A stretch of DNA of 40,981 nt from a virus (taxonomy: Duplodnaviria > Caudoviricetes). Positions 7,483 to 15,280 of the stretch are shown piece after piece. The stretch spans positions 1 to 40,981 of the IMG/VR virus record IMGVR_UViG_3300030330_001188. One strand, written 5' to 3'. The first letter of the stretch is position 1, and every line of letters begins with the position of its first letter. The notes below the pieces were generated by a model. That model worked only from the letters and a program-made list of their open reading frames with translations. It made no database searches and was not told the origin of the DNA. The translations under genes were made by a program, and so were the position numbers.

Positions 7483-8216
7483 ACGAATATGAAATGGTGG
7501 AAGATAGGCTTAAGTTATTTTGGGCAGATTATCCACAAGGAAGAATAGAAACAAACGTAGTACACATTACTGATGATGGTACTTCTGTAACAATCAAAGC
7601 AGAAATATTTACTGATGTAAAAGAAGTACTACCAATCTCTACAGGTATAGCACAAGAAACTAAAGGTCAGGGTGGACCTGTTAACAAAGATGCTTGGGCT
7701 GAAAACTGTGAGACATCTGCCATAGGTAGAGCATTAGCTAATTGGAAGTATCAAGGTAAAGATAAGAAACGCCCGAGTAGGGAAGAGATGAGCAAGGTAG
7801 GCAATGAAACCTCAGAACCAGCCCCTAAGAAATCTGTACCAGTATCTAAACCTGTTGAAAGTAGCCCTGTTAAAGCAATATCAGACGCAGGATACGGAGA
7901 ACAGAAAGGTGATAAACACCCTAGTGGTGAGTTAGCTATAGATGATACAGGCCTTTTGTGTCCATGTGGTGGCTCTGTTAAATATTATACTGATGCAGAA
8001 AAAACAACAAAAAGAAGTCCTGACTTCAGATGTACTTTAATGGGTAACTGCACTGCAGGAGATACTGTAGATGGTAAAGTGTTTGCTAAGTCTTGGTGGA
8101 TGGATAATAAAACTACACCTAAAAGTTGGAAAGATTTCGCTTCAGTATCGAATGGTATGACATTACCAAAACCTAAATCATTAGATGAGATAGGGCCTGA
8201 TGACGCTCCTTTCTAA
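7464..8216 (+). CDS. Probable Rad52/Sak-like ssDNA-annealing protein with C-terminal Zn finger and SSB-like tail
   Basis: STGIAQE...ENCETSAIGRAL core, flexible linker, CPC...PDFRC...C, and C-terminus DDAPF. Confidence 0.6.
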   Translation: MGRFNLNEYEMVEDRLKLFWADYPQGRIETNVVHITDDGTSVTIKAEIFTDVKEVLPISTGIAQETKGQGGPVNKDAWAENCETSAIGRALANWKYQGKDKKRPSREEMSKVGNETSEPAPKKSVPVSKPVESSPVKAISDAGYGEQKGDKHPSGELAIDDTGLLCPCGGSVKYYTDAEKTTKRSPDFRCTLMGNCTAGDTVDGKVFAKSWWMDNKTTPKSWKDFASVSNGMTLPKPKSLDEIGPDDAPF

Positions 8217-8406
8217 TATCTTTTCTGACCCTAAACTATTAAAAGAATGGGCAATAAAAGTAAGTAATGCGTGTGGTGGTTTACAAATGACTACTTCACC
8301 AATACTAAAAAAAACTGATACAAAAGTCTTAGATGTTCTAGTAGAAAAGTTTGTACACGATTACAATGAACAAATGACTAATGTAAAAAAACTAGAGGAA
8401 GAATGA
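8200..8406 (+). CDS. Hypothetical protein
   Basis: Overlapping ORF in the operon, ends LEEE. Confidence 0.6.
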   Translation: MTLLSNIFSDPKLLKEWAIKVSNACGGLQMTTSPILKKTDTKVLDVLVEKFVHDYNEQMTNVKKLEEE

Positions 8407-8597
8407 GTAGAACTGAATATGTCAAACAACTTTTAGATACAGATATAGAAGTTTGTAAACATACAACTAAAATTTATGATTTAAGAAAAATTATTGCTTT
8501 TCTAAAAGCAGAGAACAATATAATATATTCTGAAAATTGTGAGTGTGGTTTGTCAAAAAGAAAACATAAATCATATGTTAAAGATTGGGCAATTTAA
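8403..8597 (+). CDS. Hypothetical Cys/His-containing protein
   Basis: ATGA overlap, CKH...CEC...KH. Confidence 0.6.
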   Translation: MSRTEYVKQLLDTDIEVCKHTTKIYDLRKIIAFLKAENNIIYSENCECGLSKRKHKSYVKDWAI

Positions 8598-8607
8598 AGG
8601 AGGAATA

Positions 8608-8688
8608 ATGTCACATCCAGTACCAGGAATGGAATACTTTTGTCAAGAATGTTTAGAAGAAATTATAGACTTTCATAAATGTGACTAA
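8608..8688 (+). CDS. 26-aa Cys/His peptide (MSHPVPGMEYFCQECLEEIIDFHKCD)
   Basis: SD AAAGGAGG and a CxxC...HxC pattern. Confidence 0.6.
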   Translation: MSHPVPGMEYFCQECLEEIIDFHKCD

Positions 8689-8729
8689 GCAAGAGCCGAG
8701 GTAGAAAGGATAACACCCTCGGCTTTGCT
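8688..8729. terminator. Hairpin at the convergence of the early and late arms (probable bidirectional terminator)
   Basis: AGCAA-G-AGCCGAGG ... CCTCGGCT-TTGCT between convergent stop codons. Confidence 0.7.
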
Positions 8730-8735
8730 ATTTAA

Positions 8736-9038
8736 TTACTTGCTTACTGGTTGAGAACTTTTACCAATTTTTTTAGCGGCAAATGTTTTCACGACAGCGA
8801 GTGCAGCAGCACCTCCTGAGAGGGCAGCTAACTGGACTGTTTCAGCTTCGACACCTACAAGTGGTGCTATTGTTAAAGCACCAATGAAGGCCTCAATGAA
8901 TGTCCATACTACACGCTCAAGCATATCTTTTAAGTCATCACTCATTTTATACTCCCACGATTCGGACCAAGGTGTCCACCTCACATCCTTCTTGAACGTG
9001 CCGTCTTGGTTTCTTGCTCTTTTTGATTTCTCAAACAT
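8736..9038 (-). CDS. Holin (r1t-like)
   Basis: DMLERVVWTFIEAF, two TM segments and a basic tail, next to the endolysin. A second start with its own SD lies at 8945. Confidence 0.72.
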   Translation of the reverse strand: MFEKSKRARNQDGTFKKDVRWTPWSESWEYKMSDDLKDMLERVVWTFIEAFIGALTIAPLVGVEAETVQLAALSGGAAALAVVKTFAAKKIGKSSQPVSK

Positions 9039-9628
9039 TATCTAATTAACCTTCCTTTCAACATAGCATTGCCTTGTAAGACATTACCATTTACTTCTTC
9101 TAACTTTTCCATTACAGTTCTTGCTAGTACTACATCTTCTGTAGACGCATTTGATAATGGCTTTTCTAATAGTTTAGTTATGGTTGTGTACTCAATAGAT
9201 ACACTCAAACCAAGTAACATTTCTTTAGCAACTTTATTGTATAGTTTTTGATACGCCTTGCCACTATGTCCTATAAACCCATCATCACTTATATCTAAGT
9301 CTTGTTGACTTTCTCCGACAATAAGACAACCCGAGGTATGCTCATCCGTGTTTCCTGCGTGTATCAGTATGTAAGTAAAGTTAGGTACATCTTGTAAGTG
9401 CAACATACCATAATGTGCAGCACCATATCTTTCTTTATATTTAGTATGAAAACCACCAACAGTTCTAAACTTAATGTTGTATGTGCCTTCAGGTATGCAA
9501 GTTTCGTGCATAACCTTTACGGCCTGATACTGGTCTTCTAATGTATAACATTCAAATTGACCATCAACTAATAGTATTCCATTAGTAGCGTCTGTTCCGA
9601 ATTGTGTTCTAACTACAGTTAGTTTCAC
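9038..9628 (-). CDS. Putative endolysin (DUF5675-like, HxGN...GC peptidase)
   Basis: CYTLED, CIPEGTY and ILIHAGNTDEHTSGCLIVG. Adjacent to the holin. Confidence 0.72.
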   Translation of the reverse strand: MKLTVVRTQFGTDATNGILLVDGQFECYTLEDQYQAVKVMHETCIPEGTYNIKFRTVGGFHTKYKERYGAAHYGMLHLQDVPNFTYILIHAGNTDEHTSGCLIVGESQQDLDISDDGFIGHSGKAYQKLYNKVAKEMLLGLSVSIEYTTITKLLEKPLSNASTEDVVLARTVMEKLEEVNGNVLQGNAMLKGRLIR

Positions 9629-9698
9629 CTAGTCCTCCATTCTTACAGTTACATATTTGTATAAACGAACCATCTTCTTTAGTGGTTACCATACACAT
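9609..9698 (-). CDS. 29-aa Cys-rich peptide (MCMVTTKEDGSFIQICNCKNGGLGETNCS)
   Basis: SD AAAGGAG, fills the gap before the endolysin. Confidence 0.5.
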   Translation of the reverse strand: MCMVTTKEDGSFIQICNCKNGGLGETNCS

Positions 9699-9707
9699 AT
9701 AACTCCT

Positions 9708-9890
9708 TTATTTTCTAAAGCCTATGGTTAACAACCATACGGCTAATGTAATTATAGTAGCTAATCCTGTAATTTGCTGTGCAGAACCTGTCAAAGTAAG
9801 TGTCGCAATCACTAGCCCCACCAGGGTCCACGAAAGATTTAAAGTTTCTTTTATTGCAGCAACAATCCAAGACCATAATTTCTTAATCAT
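9708..9890 (-). CDS. Small two-TM membrane protein
   Basis: Two hydrophobic segments, TAATG-coupled to the acidic exported protein. Confidence 0.7.
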   Translation of the reverse strand: MIKKLWSWIVAAIKETLNLSWTLVGLVIATLTLTGSAQQITGLATIITLAVWLLTIGFRK

Positions 9891-11542
9891 TAACTTCTCC
9901 TAAATATAAATGCTGCCATACTAGCTATTCTAGTTAGGATAACTGGCACGACAACTTCTTGTGCTTTTTCTTTTTGGTCAGATGTCATATCGTCTGACAA
10001 ATTAGAAAGGTTTATTTCCTTTAAGTCTATGTCCACCAGTGTTTCTATTGGATTCTCTATAAAATTTTCAAACTGAACTTCAGTAACTACGTCAGCTAGT
10101 GTGTAATCTTCTACGTCTGCATTCTCTACAGCACGCTCTACATATTCTTCTACGGCTTCAGCTACGGCTTCGTCTGACTTAACAGCCTCTGCAATGATTT
10201 CAACATCTTCAGTTTCAACTTGTAATACTTCAGCAACAACTTCAACTTGTTCTTCTGTAAGTTCTTCAACATTATCTATAGCTTCCTCTACTATTTCCTG
10301 TACAACTTCTTGTACTTCTTCAGATACTTCTTCTAAGTTTTGTACACCTACATCATTTACTTCTTCAAGTACTTCAATAACTTCTTCTGTAGTAGCTTCT
10401 TCTACAATTATGGTTTCAATAACCTCTTGTACTTCAGCTACCTCAACAGCTATTTCTTCTTCAGTAAGTTCTACAGGTTCTTCTTCAACATCTTCCTGTA
10501 CTGACTCATCCAAAACTTCCTCTGTTCCCTCATCAGTCTCAGGTAAAACTTCGGTCTCATCAATAATAATTTCTTCTTCAATTTCTTCCTCTTCTATTTC
10601 TATAATTATTATATCGTCAGGTATATCTAACTCTATAATTTCTTCTATTATTAGTTCTTCAAGGTCCTCAATAAACTCTTCTAGCTCTTCAATTTCTTCA
10701 ACTGTAAGTCCAACTTCTTCATCTGTAAGTTCAACTTCTTCATCTGTAAGTTCAATTTCTTCTTCAAGTAAAATTATTTCTTCTTCTTCACTATCCGTGT
10801 CTTCAAATTCTTCTTCAACTGTTTCTTCTCCGAGGTCGTCATCTCGAAGTATCTCTTCGTCCAACTCATCTATTTCTTCTTCCTCGATAATAATAATAAC
10901 ATCATCAGGTATATCGGTGCAATCACCAGGCTGATAACCATACCAATCTCCACTTTCTACGGCTTCCAAATATTGTTTATACGATAAAGGGTTACCTGGG
11001 TGTTCACATCCATTTTCGTCCCAAGCCAAGTACGTAGTAATACCATCTTCGACAACATCTTCCGCTTTAGGTAATGTTGTCGTTGTTGTTGTGGTAGTAG
11101 TTGTTGTCGAACTAGATGTCGTTGTAGTAGGTATATAAACATAATCATATAATACACTTTCTACTGGCGTAAAGTCGCTAGTTGTACCATTAGTATCGTG
11201 AAATGCTTTTACTTTTGCATATATCTTTTGATTATCTACAGACAAATTATTATATAGATACTCTGCTGTAAATGTATAACTCTGCCAAGACAGTGCTTCT
11301 GTAAAACCAAAGTCTGTTTGTTCTGATATATCATCAGCAGTTTCAGTAAGTCCAATATAAACTATGTAGTATTCAGGTGGATTATCTTCAAAGCCGTCAC
11401 TCTCTTGCCAACTTACTGTAATGCTACCGTCATTGTTTAATGTATTAGTTATATCATAAGGTGTCTGTGTTTCAGTGTGATATGCATATACAGGAGTAGC
11501 TATTAGAAATACTGCAGCTACAACAGCTAATAACTTTTTCAC
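9890..11542 (-). CDS. Exported, highly acidic protein (signal peptide, Fn3-like domain, Thr linker, Glu/Val/Ile-rich rod, C-terminal anchor)
   Basis: MKKLLAVVAAVFLIATPVYA signal, SITVSW...YYIVY beta pattern, poly-Thr, low-complexity acidic region, hydrophobic C-end followed by RRS. Confidence 0.75.
   Translation of the reverse strand: MKKLLAVVAAVFLIATPVYAYHTETQTPYDITNTLNNDGSITVSWQESDGFEDNPPEYYIVYIGLTETADDISEQTDFGFTEALSWQSYTFTAEYLYNNLSVDNQKIYAKVKAFHDTNGTTSDFTPVESVLYDYVYIPTTTTSSSTTTTTTTTTTTLPKAEDVVEDGITTYLAWDENGCEHPGNPLSYKQYLEAVESGDWYGYQPGDCTDIPDDVIIIIEEEEIDELDEEILRDDDLGEETVEEEFEDTDSEEEEIILLEEEIELTDEEVELTDEEVGLTVEEIEELEEFIEDLEELIIEEIIELDIPDDIIIIEIEEEEIEEEIIIDETEVLPETDEGTEEVLDESVQEDVEEEPVELTEEEIAVEVAEVQEVIETIIVEEATTEEVIEVLEEVNDVGVQNLEEVSEEVQEVVQEIVEEAIDNVEELTEEQVEVVAEVLQVETEDVEIIAEAVKSDEAVAEAVEEYVERAVENADVEDYTLADVVTEVQFENFIENPIETLVDIDLKEINLSNLSDDMTSDQKEKAQEVVVPVILTRIASMAAFIFRRS
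10690..10761 (-). repeat. 21-bp tandem repeat (3 copies plus a partial) encoding LTDEEVE-type heptads
   Basis: CAACTTCTTCATCTGTAAGTT exact at 10711 and 10732, degenerate at 10690. Confidence 0.8.
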
Positions 11543-11730
11543 ATTATGTTATTGATTAACACCACCAGTGCCGAGATTGCAACCAACCAACCCGATAACT
11601 CTTGCCTTGATATTTTTTGATTTACTTTTTCGTGTAACTCATCTATACGTTTATTTATATCTTGTTGTCCCTCCAATATAAGATTTAACATTTCTTTCTG
11701 TGTAAAGCCGTTGCCGTTAGAAGATGTCAT
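11539..11730 (-). CDS. Small coiled-coil protein with C-terminal TM
   Basis: INKRIDELHEKVNQK followed by WLVAISALVVLI. Confidence 0.65.
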   Translation of the reverse strand: MTSSNGNGFTQKEMLNLILEGQQDINKRIDELHEKVNQKISRQELSGWLVAISALVVLINNIM

Positions 11731-11875
11731 CTCTATCCCAATCATCTTGCCAATTCCACTTATCAGTCTTGTAGTGATAAGGTGCTTTCTGCGACTTACC
11801 TGTTAAAAATTTATATAGATTACCATAGTTTTCTATAACTAAAACAATGAGTATTAAGTATATGAGTAAATCCAT
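11717..11875 (-). CDS. 52-aa protein with N-terminal TM, probably leaderless
   Basis: MDLLIYLILIVLVIENYG...WDRDDIF. TGATATAAT ends 7 nt before the ATG. Confidence 0.6.
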   Translation of the reverse strand: MDLLIYLILIVLVIENYGNLYKFLTGKSQKAPYHYKTDKWNWQDDWDRDDIF

Positions 11876-11883
11876 AAATCGGA

Positions 11884-12102
11884 TTATATCATACTCTCCA
11901 ATAGGTTTATAAGTAATTCTATATAATCCTGATGTGTGCTGTCTAATGTAATGCTGTCATCTACTTTAGCTAACTCTATTGCTTGAGATAACGTATCACC
12001 GTCTATGTAAGTTATTGTGTAAGGGTCAGGAAGCAAATCATAATCAGGAGGATTCTTAACAAACTCACTATTTATTATCCATTCGTCCAGTGCTTCTATC
12101 AT
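11884..12102 (-). CDS. Hypothetical acidic protein
   Basis: ORF in the operon. Start uncertain (12102 or 12129). Confidence 0.55.
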   Translation of the reverse strand: MIEALDEWIINSEFVKNPPDYDLLPDPYTITYIDGDTLSQAIELAKVDDSITLDSTHQDYIELLINLLESMI

Positions 12103-12808
12103 TGTCAAACTCTTTAACTGCTTTGTCATAATACATTCTACTAGTAGCTATTACTGATGCTGCTTCATCTCTAAATACTTGGTCAGTTTGTTCTGTAGCT
12201 TTTACTACATCTAGTTCAAATGTATCATCTATTGGAACAACTGATATGTGTATGAGAGGAGTACCTTCTGTTACTTGCAATACTTCTCCTACTTCCATTG
12301 GTCTATTTATTTCAAACGGAAAGTTTACTTGACCATACGCATCAGTTCTAACAAGGCCTGATAAAAACTTAATAGGCCTATCTTCGTAGTGCCAAAAGGG
12401 GTCGTTAAATATTAAACCCCAACCAGGTGGTGTTTTAAACTGCCAAGGTGATACAAGTTTAAATGCACCTCCACCAACTAATGGTGTAACAGGTGAGCCT
12501 TCTATTTGATATTGAGAGTGACCATCTATTGCTTTGGGTAATGGTCCCTGTCCTATTTGCCAATATACATCATCTTCTGTTCTAGTAAACTCTATCCAAG
12601 ACCACGAAGGCATTATATATCCATAATTGATTACGTCTCTAATAGCAGGGCAAGTTTTAATGTTTCCTGAATTTGCTAAACTTTCATAATTACTATCACG
12701 TTTAATTGTTTTCCACCAAGCAGGTGGTGCTTTTTTTGCAGCAACAATAGGGTGTGAATCTACTATCCAGTTTAAATCTTGGTATATAGGAATAACTTCT
12801 AGTTTCAT
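12068..12808 (-). CDS. DUF6065-like beta-fold protein
   Basis: KTCPAIRD..YGYIMP, KLVSPWQFKTPPGW, SGLVRTD, NFPF and GTPL motifs. Confidence 0.55.
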   Translation of the reverse strand: MKLEVIPIYQDLNWIVDSHPIVAAKKAPPAWWKTIKRDSNYESLANSGNIKTCPAIRDVINYGYIMPSWSWIEFTRTEDDVYWQIGQGPLPKAIDGHSQYQIEGSPVTPLVGGGAFKLVSPWQFKTPPGWGLIFNDPFWHYEDRPIKFLSGLVRTDAYGQVNFPFEINRPMEVGEVLQVTEGTPLIHISVVPIDDTFELDVVKATEQTDQVFRDEAASVIATSRMYYDKAVKEFDNDRSTGRMDNK

Positions 12809-13482
12809 AATAATTTTTTTGGCCTTCTTTTCAACACGGTATTATATATTTTAGTAGTATTGTTTCTTACTTTAGTAATATTTTTTACCTCTTTACACAT
12901 AGCCCACATTTCATCAGTCATAAGTTTATAATCTAAAGTTACTGATTTATTAAAATATAAAAGCATAAAAGGTTTATCAACACTCCATTCAAAGCTAGCT
13001 TGTTTCTTTTTATCTGTTACTTCTACTGCAAAATTTAACATTCTGTTCCAACTGTAAATATTGAACGAACCTGGTACAAATGTACAGTTATCCATTTTTA
13101 AATCTGTTCCAGGTAGTAATGATATTTCAATATCTTTAGTATCTGTAAAAAGTATATAGGGTACTATACATTGAAGTGTAAGAACACCATATACTTCTTG
13201 TTTTGTTACATTTATAAAATTAAATATATCTTGACCTAATTGACCTGCAGTATTGCTACCTATAAATTCTGTTTCCATAAGGCCTGATATAGGATTGTAT
13301 ATCCACTTTACATCTAAAGGAGCATTGACTGCATATAATCTATTGTTAGCTATCTTGACAGCAGGACAACCATACGTATTTTTGTTATATAAATATGGTT
13401 CACTAAATATACTTGTTGGATAACTATAACCTCTGTCTAATGAATAAACTACTTTAGATTTTTTGTATCTATTAAATAACAT
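12805..13482 (-). CDS. Hypothetical protein, probable distant paralogue of the downstream CPA-motif protein
   Basis: GCPAV, PYILFTD and VPGSFNIYSWNRMLNFA. Confidence 0.55.
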   Translation of the reverse strand: MLFNRYKKSKVVYSLDRGYSYPTSIFSEPYLYNKNTYGCPAVKIANNRLYAVNAPLDVKWIYNPISGLMETEFIGSNTAGQLGQDIFNFINVTKQEVYGVLTLQCIVPYILFTDTKDIEISLLPGTDLKMDNCTFVPGSFNIYSWNRMLNFAVEVTDKKKQASFEWSVDKPFMLLYFNKSVTLDYKLMTDEMWAMCKEVKNITKVRNNTTKIYNTVLKRRPKKLL

Positions 13483-13498
13483 ATTCCACCTTTAGATT

Positions 13499-13819
13499 TT
13501 ATTCTTCAGTTATTAAAACCCACTGTGTGTTTTCTTCGTCCCAATCCCACCATTGATTTTCTAATATTTCATCTGTTGGGTAATCTATAGGTGGTTTCCA
13601 TTCCCATTCTTCTTCATTCCAACTCCAACTAGGATATGGTCCATTGGCAGGTTTAGTAAGTTTTTTATCTTCAAACCATATGTCTCCTATAACTACTACA
13701 TTGCTGCTTGGTGCCAATGAAAATGTATCACCAGGATTTTCTTCAGATAAGAAATCGTCTATTGTATCTCCGACAAGAATATTTTTTACAATGTTATCAG
13801 ACCCTATGTGTACAATCAT
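13499..13819 (-). CDS. Trp-rich tail-fibre-associated protein
   Basis: PYPSWSWNEEEWEWKPPIDYP...WDWDEENTQW, directly after the Gly-rich gene. Confidence 0.6.
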   Translation of the reverse strand: MIVHIGSDNIVKNILVGDTIDDFLSEENPGDTFSLAPSSNVVVIGDIWFEDKKLTKPANGPYPSWSWNEEEWEWKPPIDYPTDEILENQWWDWDEENTQWVLITEE

Positions 13820-14703
13820 TAAAGTTTTTTTACTTTCTTTATATTAGTTACGTTACCTGCAAGTGTTGGTTGGTCGTACTTTAATATTTGCATACGACCT
13901 GCTGAACCGTGACCACCTGAGTTACTGTTACTGTCATTCTTTCTACTACCTCCACCTGAACCGTAGCCGCCACCATTGTTAGGTGTATTTCCACCATTGC
14001 CTCCAACGTTTGTGTTGCCTACATTTCCTCCTCCACCTGAACCATAAAAACCTTGTTGACCACCACCTGCACAGTAGTTTTCTCCTAGAAAAGCAAATCC
14101 ATCTCCACCGCCTTGAGCACCATTATCACCAGTTAAGTCAGAACCCATACCTCCACCACCGCCACCCATATAGCTGTTGTTGTTAGTTTTAGGTCCACCA
14201 TTTCCACCTATGTTACCTGTTGGTGCAGTATTGTTATCTGCTCCTGAGCCACCTCCGCAACCACCTGAACCACCTGCTTGGCCCTGTCCTGCACCACGAC
14301 CACCACCTGCAACAGAAATATTAGATAGAGTATTTTTATTATTTGATTGAGCTTTAAAAGTTGCAGCATTCATACTTGTAGTACCACCATTACCACCATT
14401 TAAAAATTGACCTTTGTTAGCACCACTACCTCTACTACCTATAGATATGTTAGAAGTACCACTAAATTGTACGCCTTCAAAGAATACAGCCCCTGCTGCA
14501 CCCCCTCCACCTGCACGCCAACCTCCGCCACCTGCACCACCACCAACGGCAAACACTTGATATTTGGTGTTATTGCTTTCAGGTGCAAATGAGCCATTAC
14601 TATTGTTTGTTTGAACAAGTGTCATAGCTTTTGCATTGAGGTCTTCACCTCTGCTTATATGTGCAGAAGTACCATCATTTAATGCAAGTCTTTTAAAACC
14701 CAT
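13819..14703 (-). CDS. Glycine-rich tail fibre / receptor-binding protein
   Basis: VGGGAGGGG...GGGGAAG and many GGxGG repeats, ending GGHGSAGRMQI. Confidence 0.75.
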   Translation of the reverse strand: MGFKRLALNDGTSAHISRGEDLNAKAMTLVQTNNSNGSFAPESNNTKYQVFAVGGGAGGGGWRAGGGGAAGAVFFEGVQFSGTSNISIGSRGSGANKGQFLNGGNGGTTSMNAATFKAQSNNKNTLSNISVAGGGRGAGQGQAGGSGGCGGGSGADNNTAPTGNIGGNGGPKTNNNSYMGGGGGGMGSDLTGDNGAQGGGDGFAFLGENYCAGGGQQGFYGSGGGGNVGNTNVGGNGGNTPNNGGGYGSGGGSRKNDSNSNSGGHGSAGRMQILKYDQPTLAGNVTNIKKVKKL

Positions 14704-14720
14704 TATTAACTCCTATTTAA

Positions 14721-15050
14721 TTATGTAATCTGTGTACCGAATGCACTAAATGTAACGTTTGCGTCAGAAGCACCGACAGAAATTACGTCAGTTGCAGCTA
14801 AAGTTATACCAAGTGTTAATGTAACAGTATCGTTAGCAGCTATTGATGTTTCAAAAGCTAAACGGTCTTCATTAGCAACTGTACCGCCACCAACTTTTAC
14901 GTTAATATTAAAAGTATTTGCTGCATTTTCTCTATTACATACGACAATGCTTGATACAATTGCACTTGTGCTTGCAGGTACAGTATAAAGAGGTTGGTCA
15001 TTAGATGACGCATCTCCTACCTGTCCTAGTACTTTATATTCGTTTGCCAT
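14721..15050 (-). CDS. Virion beta-sandwich protein (tail-fibre module)
   Basis: LYTVPAST...IVSSIVVCN...LGITLAATD...FSAFG, SD AGGAG. Confidence 0.65.
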   Translation of the reverse strand: MANEYKVLGQVGDASSNDQPLYTVPASTSAIVSSIVVCNRENAANTFNINVKVGGGTVANEDRLAFETSIAANDTVTLTLGITLAATDVISVGASDANVTFSAFGTQIT

Positions 15051-15075
15051 TATTCTCCTATATTATCATATATTT

Positions 15076-15279
15076 TTAGTCTGCACCTAATAATAACATT
15101 TCATCCACATCTAGGTACTGTAATGCGAAACCTGTGTCAGACCATAACATTAATTGTAAATCTACATTTAATGATACAGTTGCTTCAGGCAGTAAATCTA
15201 TATCCTCGTCTATAGGTAAGTTACCAATAGTATCTATTACTAAACTTCCACCTTCTTTGAGCATCATTAACATACCCAT
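15076..15279 (-). CDS. Hypothetical virion-region protein
   Basis: SD GGAG. Ends LLLGAD, echoing the neighbours' C-termini. Confidence 0.6.
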   Translation of the reverse strand: MGMLMMLKEGGSLVIDTIGNLPIDEDIDLLPEATVSLNVDLQLMLWSDTGFALQYLDVDEMLLLGAD

Positions 15280-15280
15280 A

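Noticed and set aside
10194-10934. 246-aa Ser-rich + strand ORF
   Set aside because: Antisense shadow of the Glu-rich codons of ORF 9890-11542.
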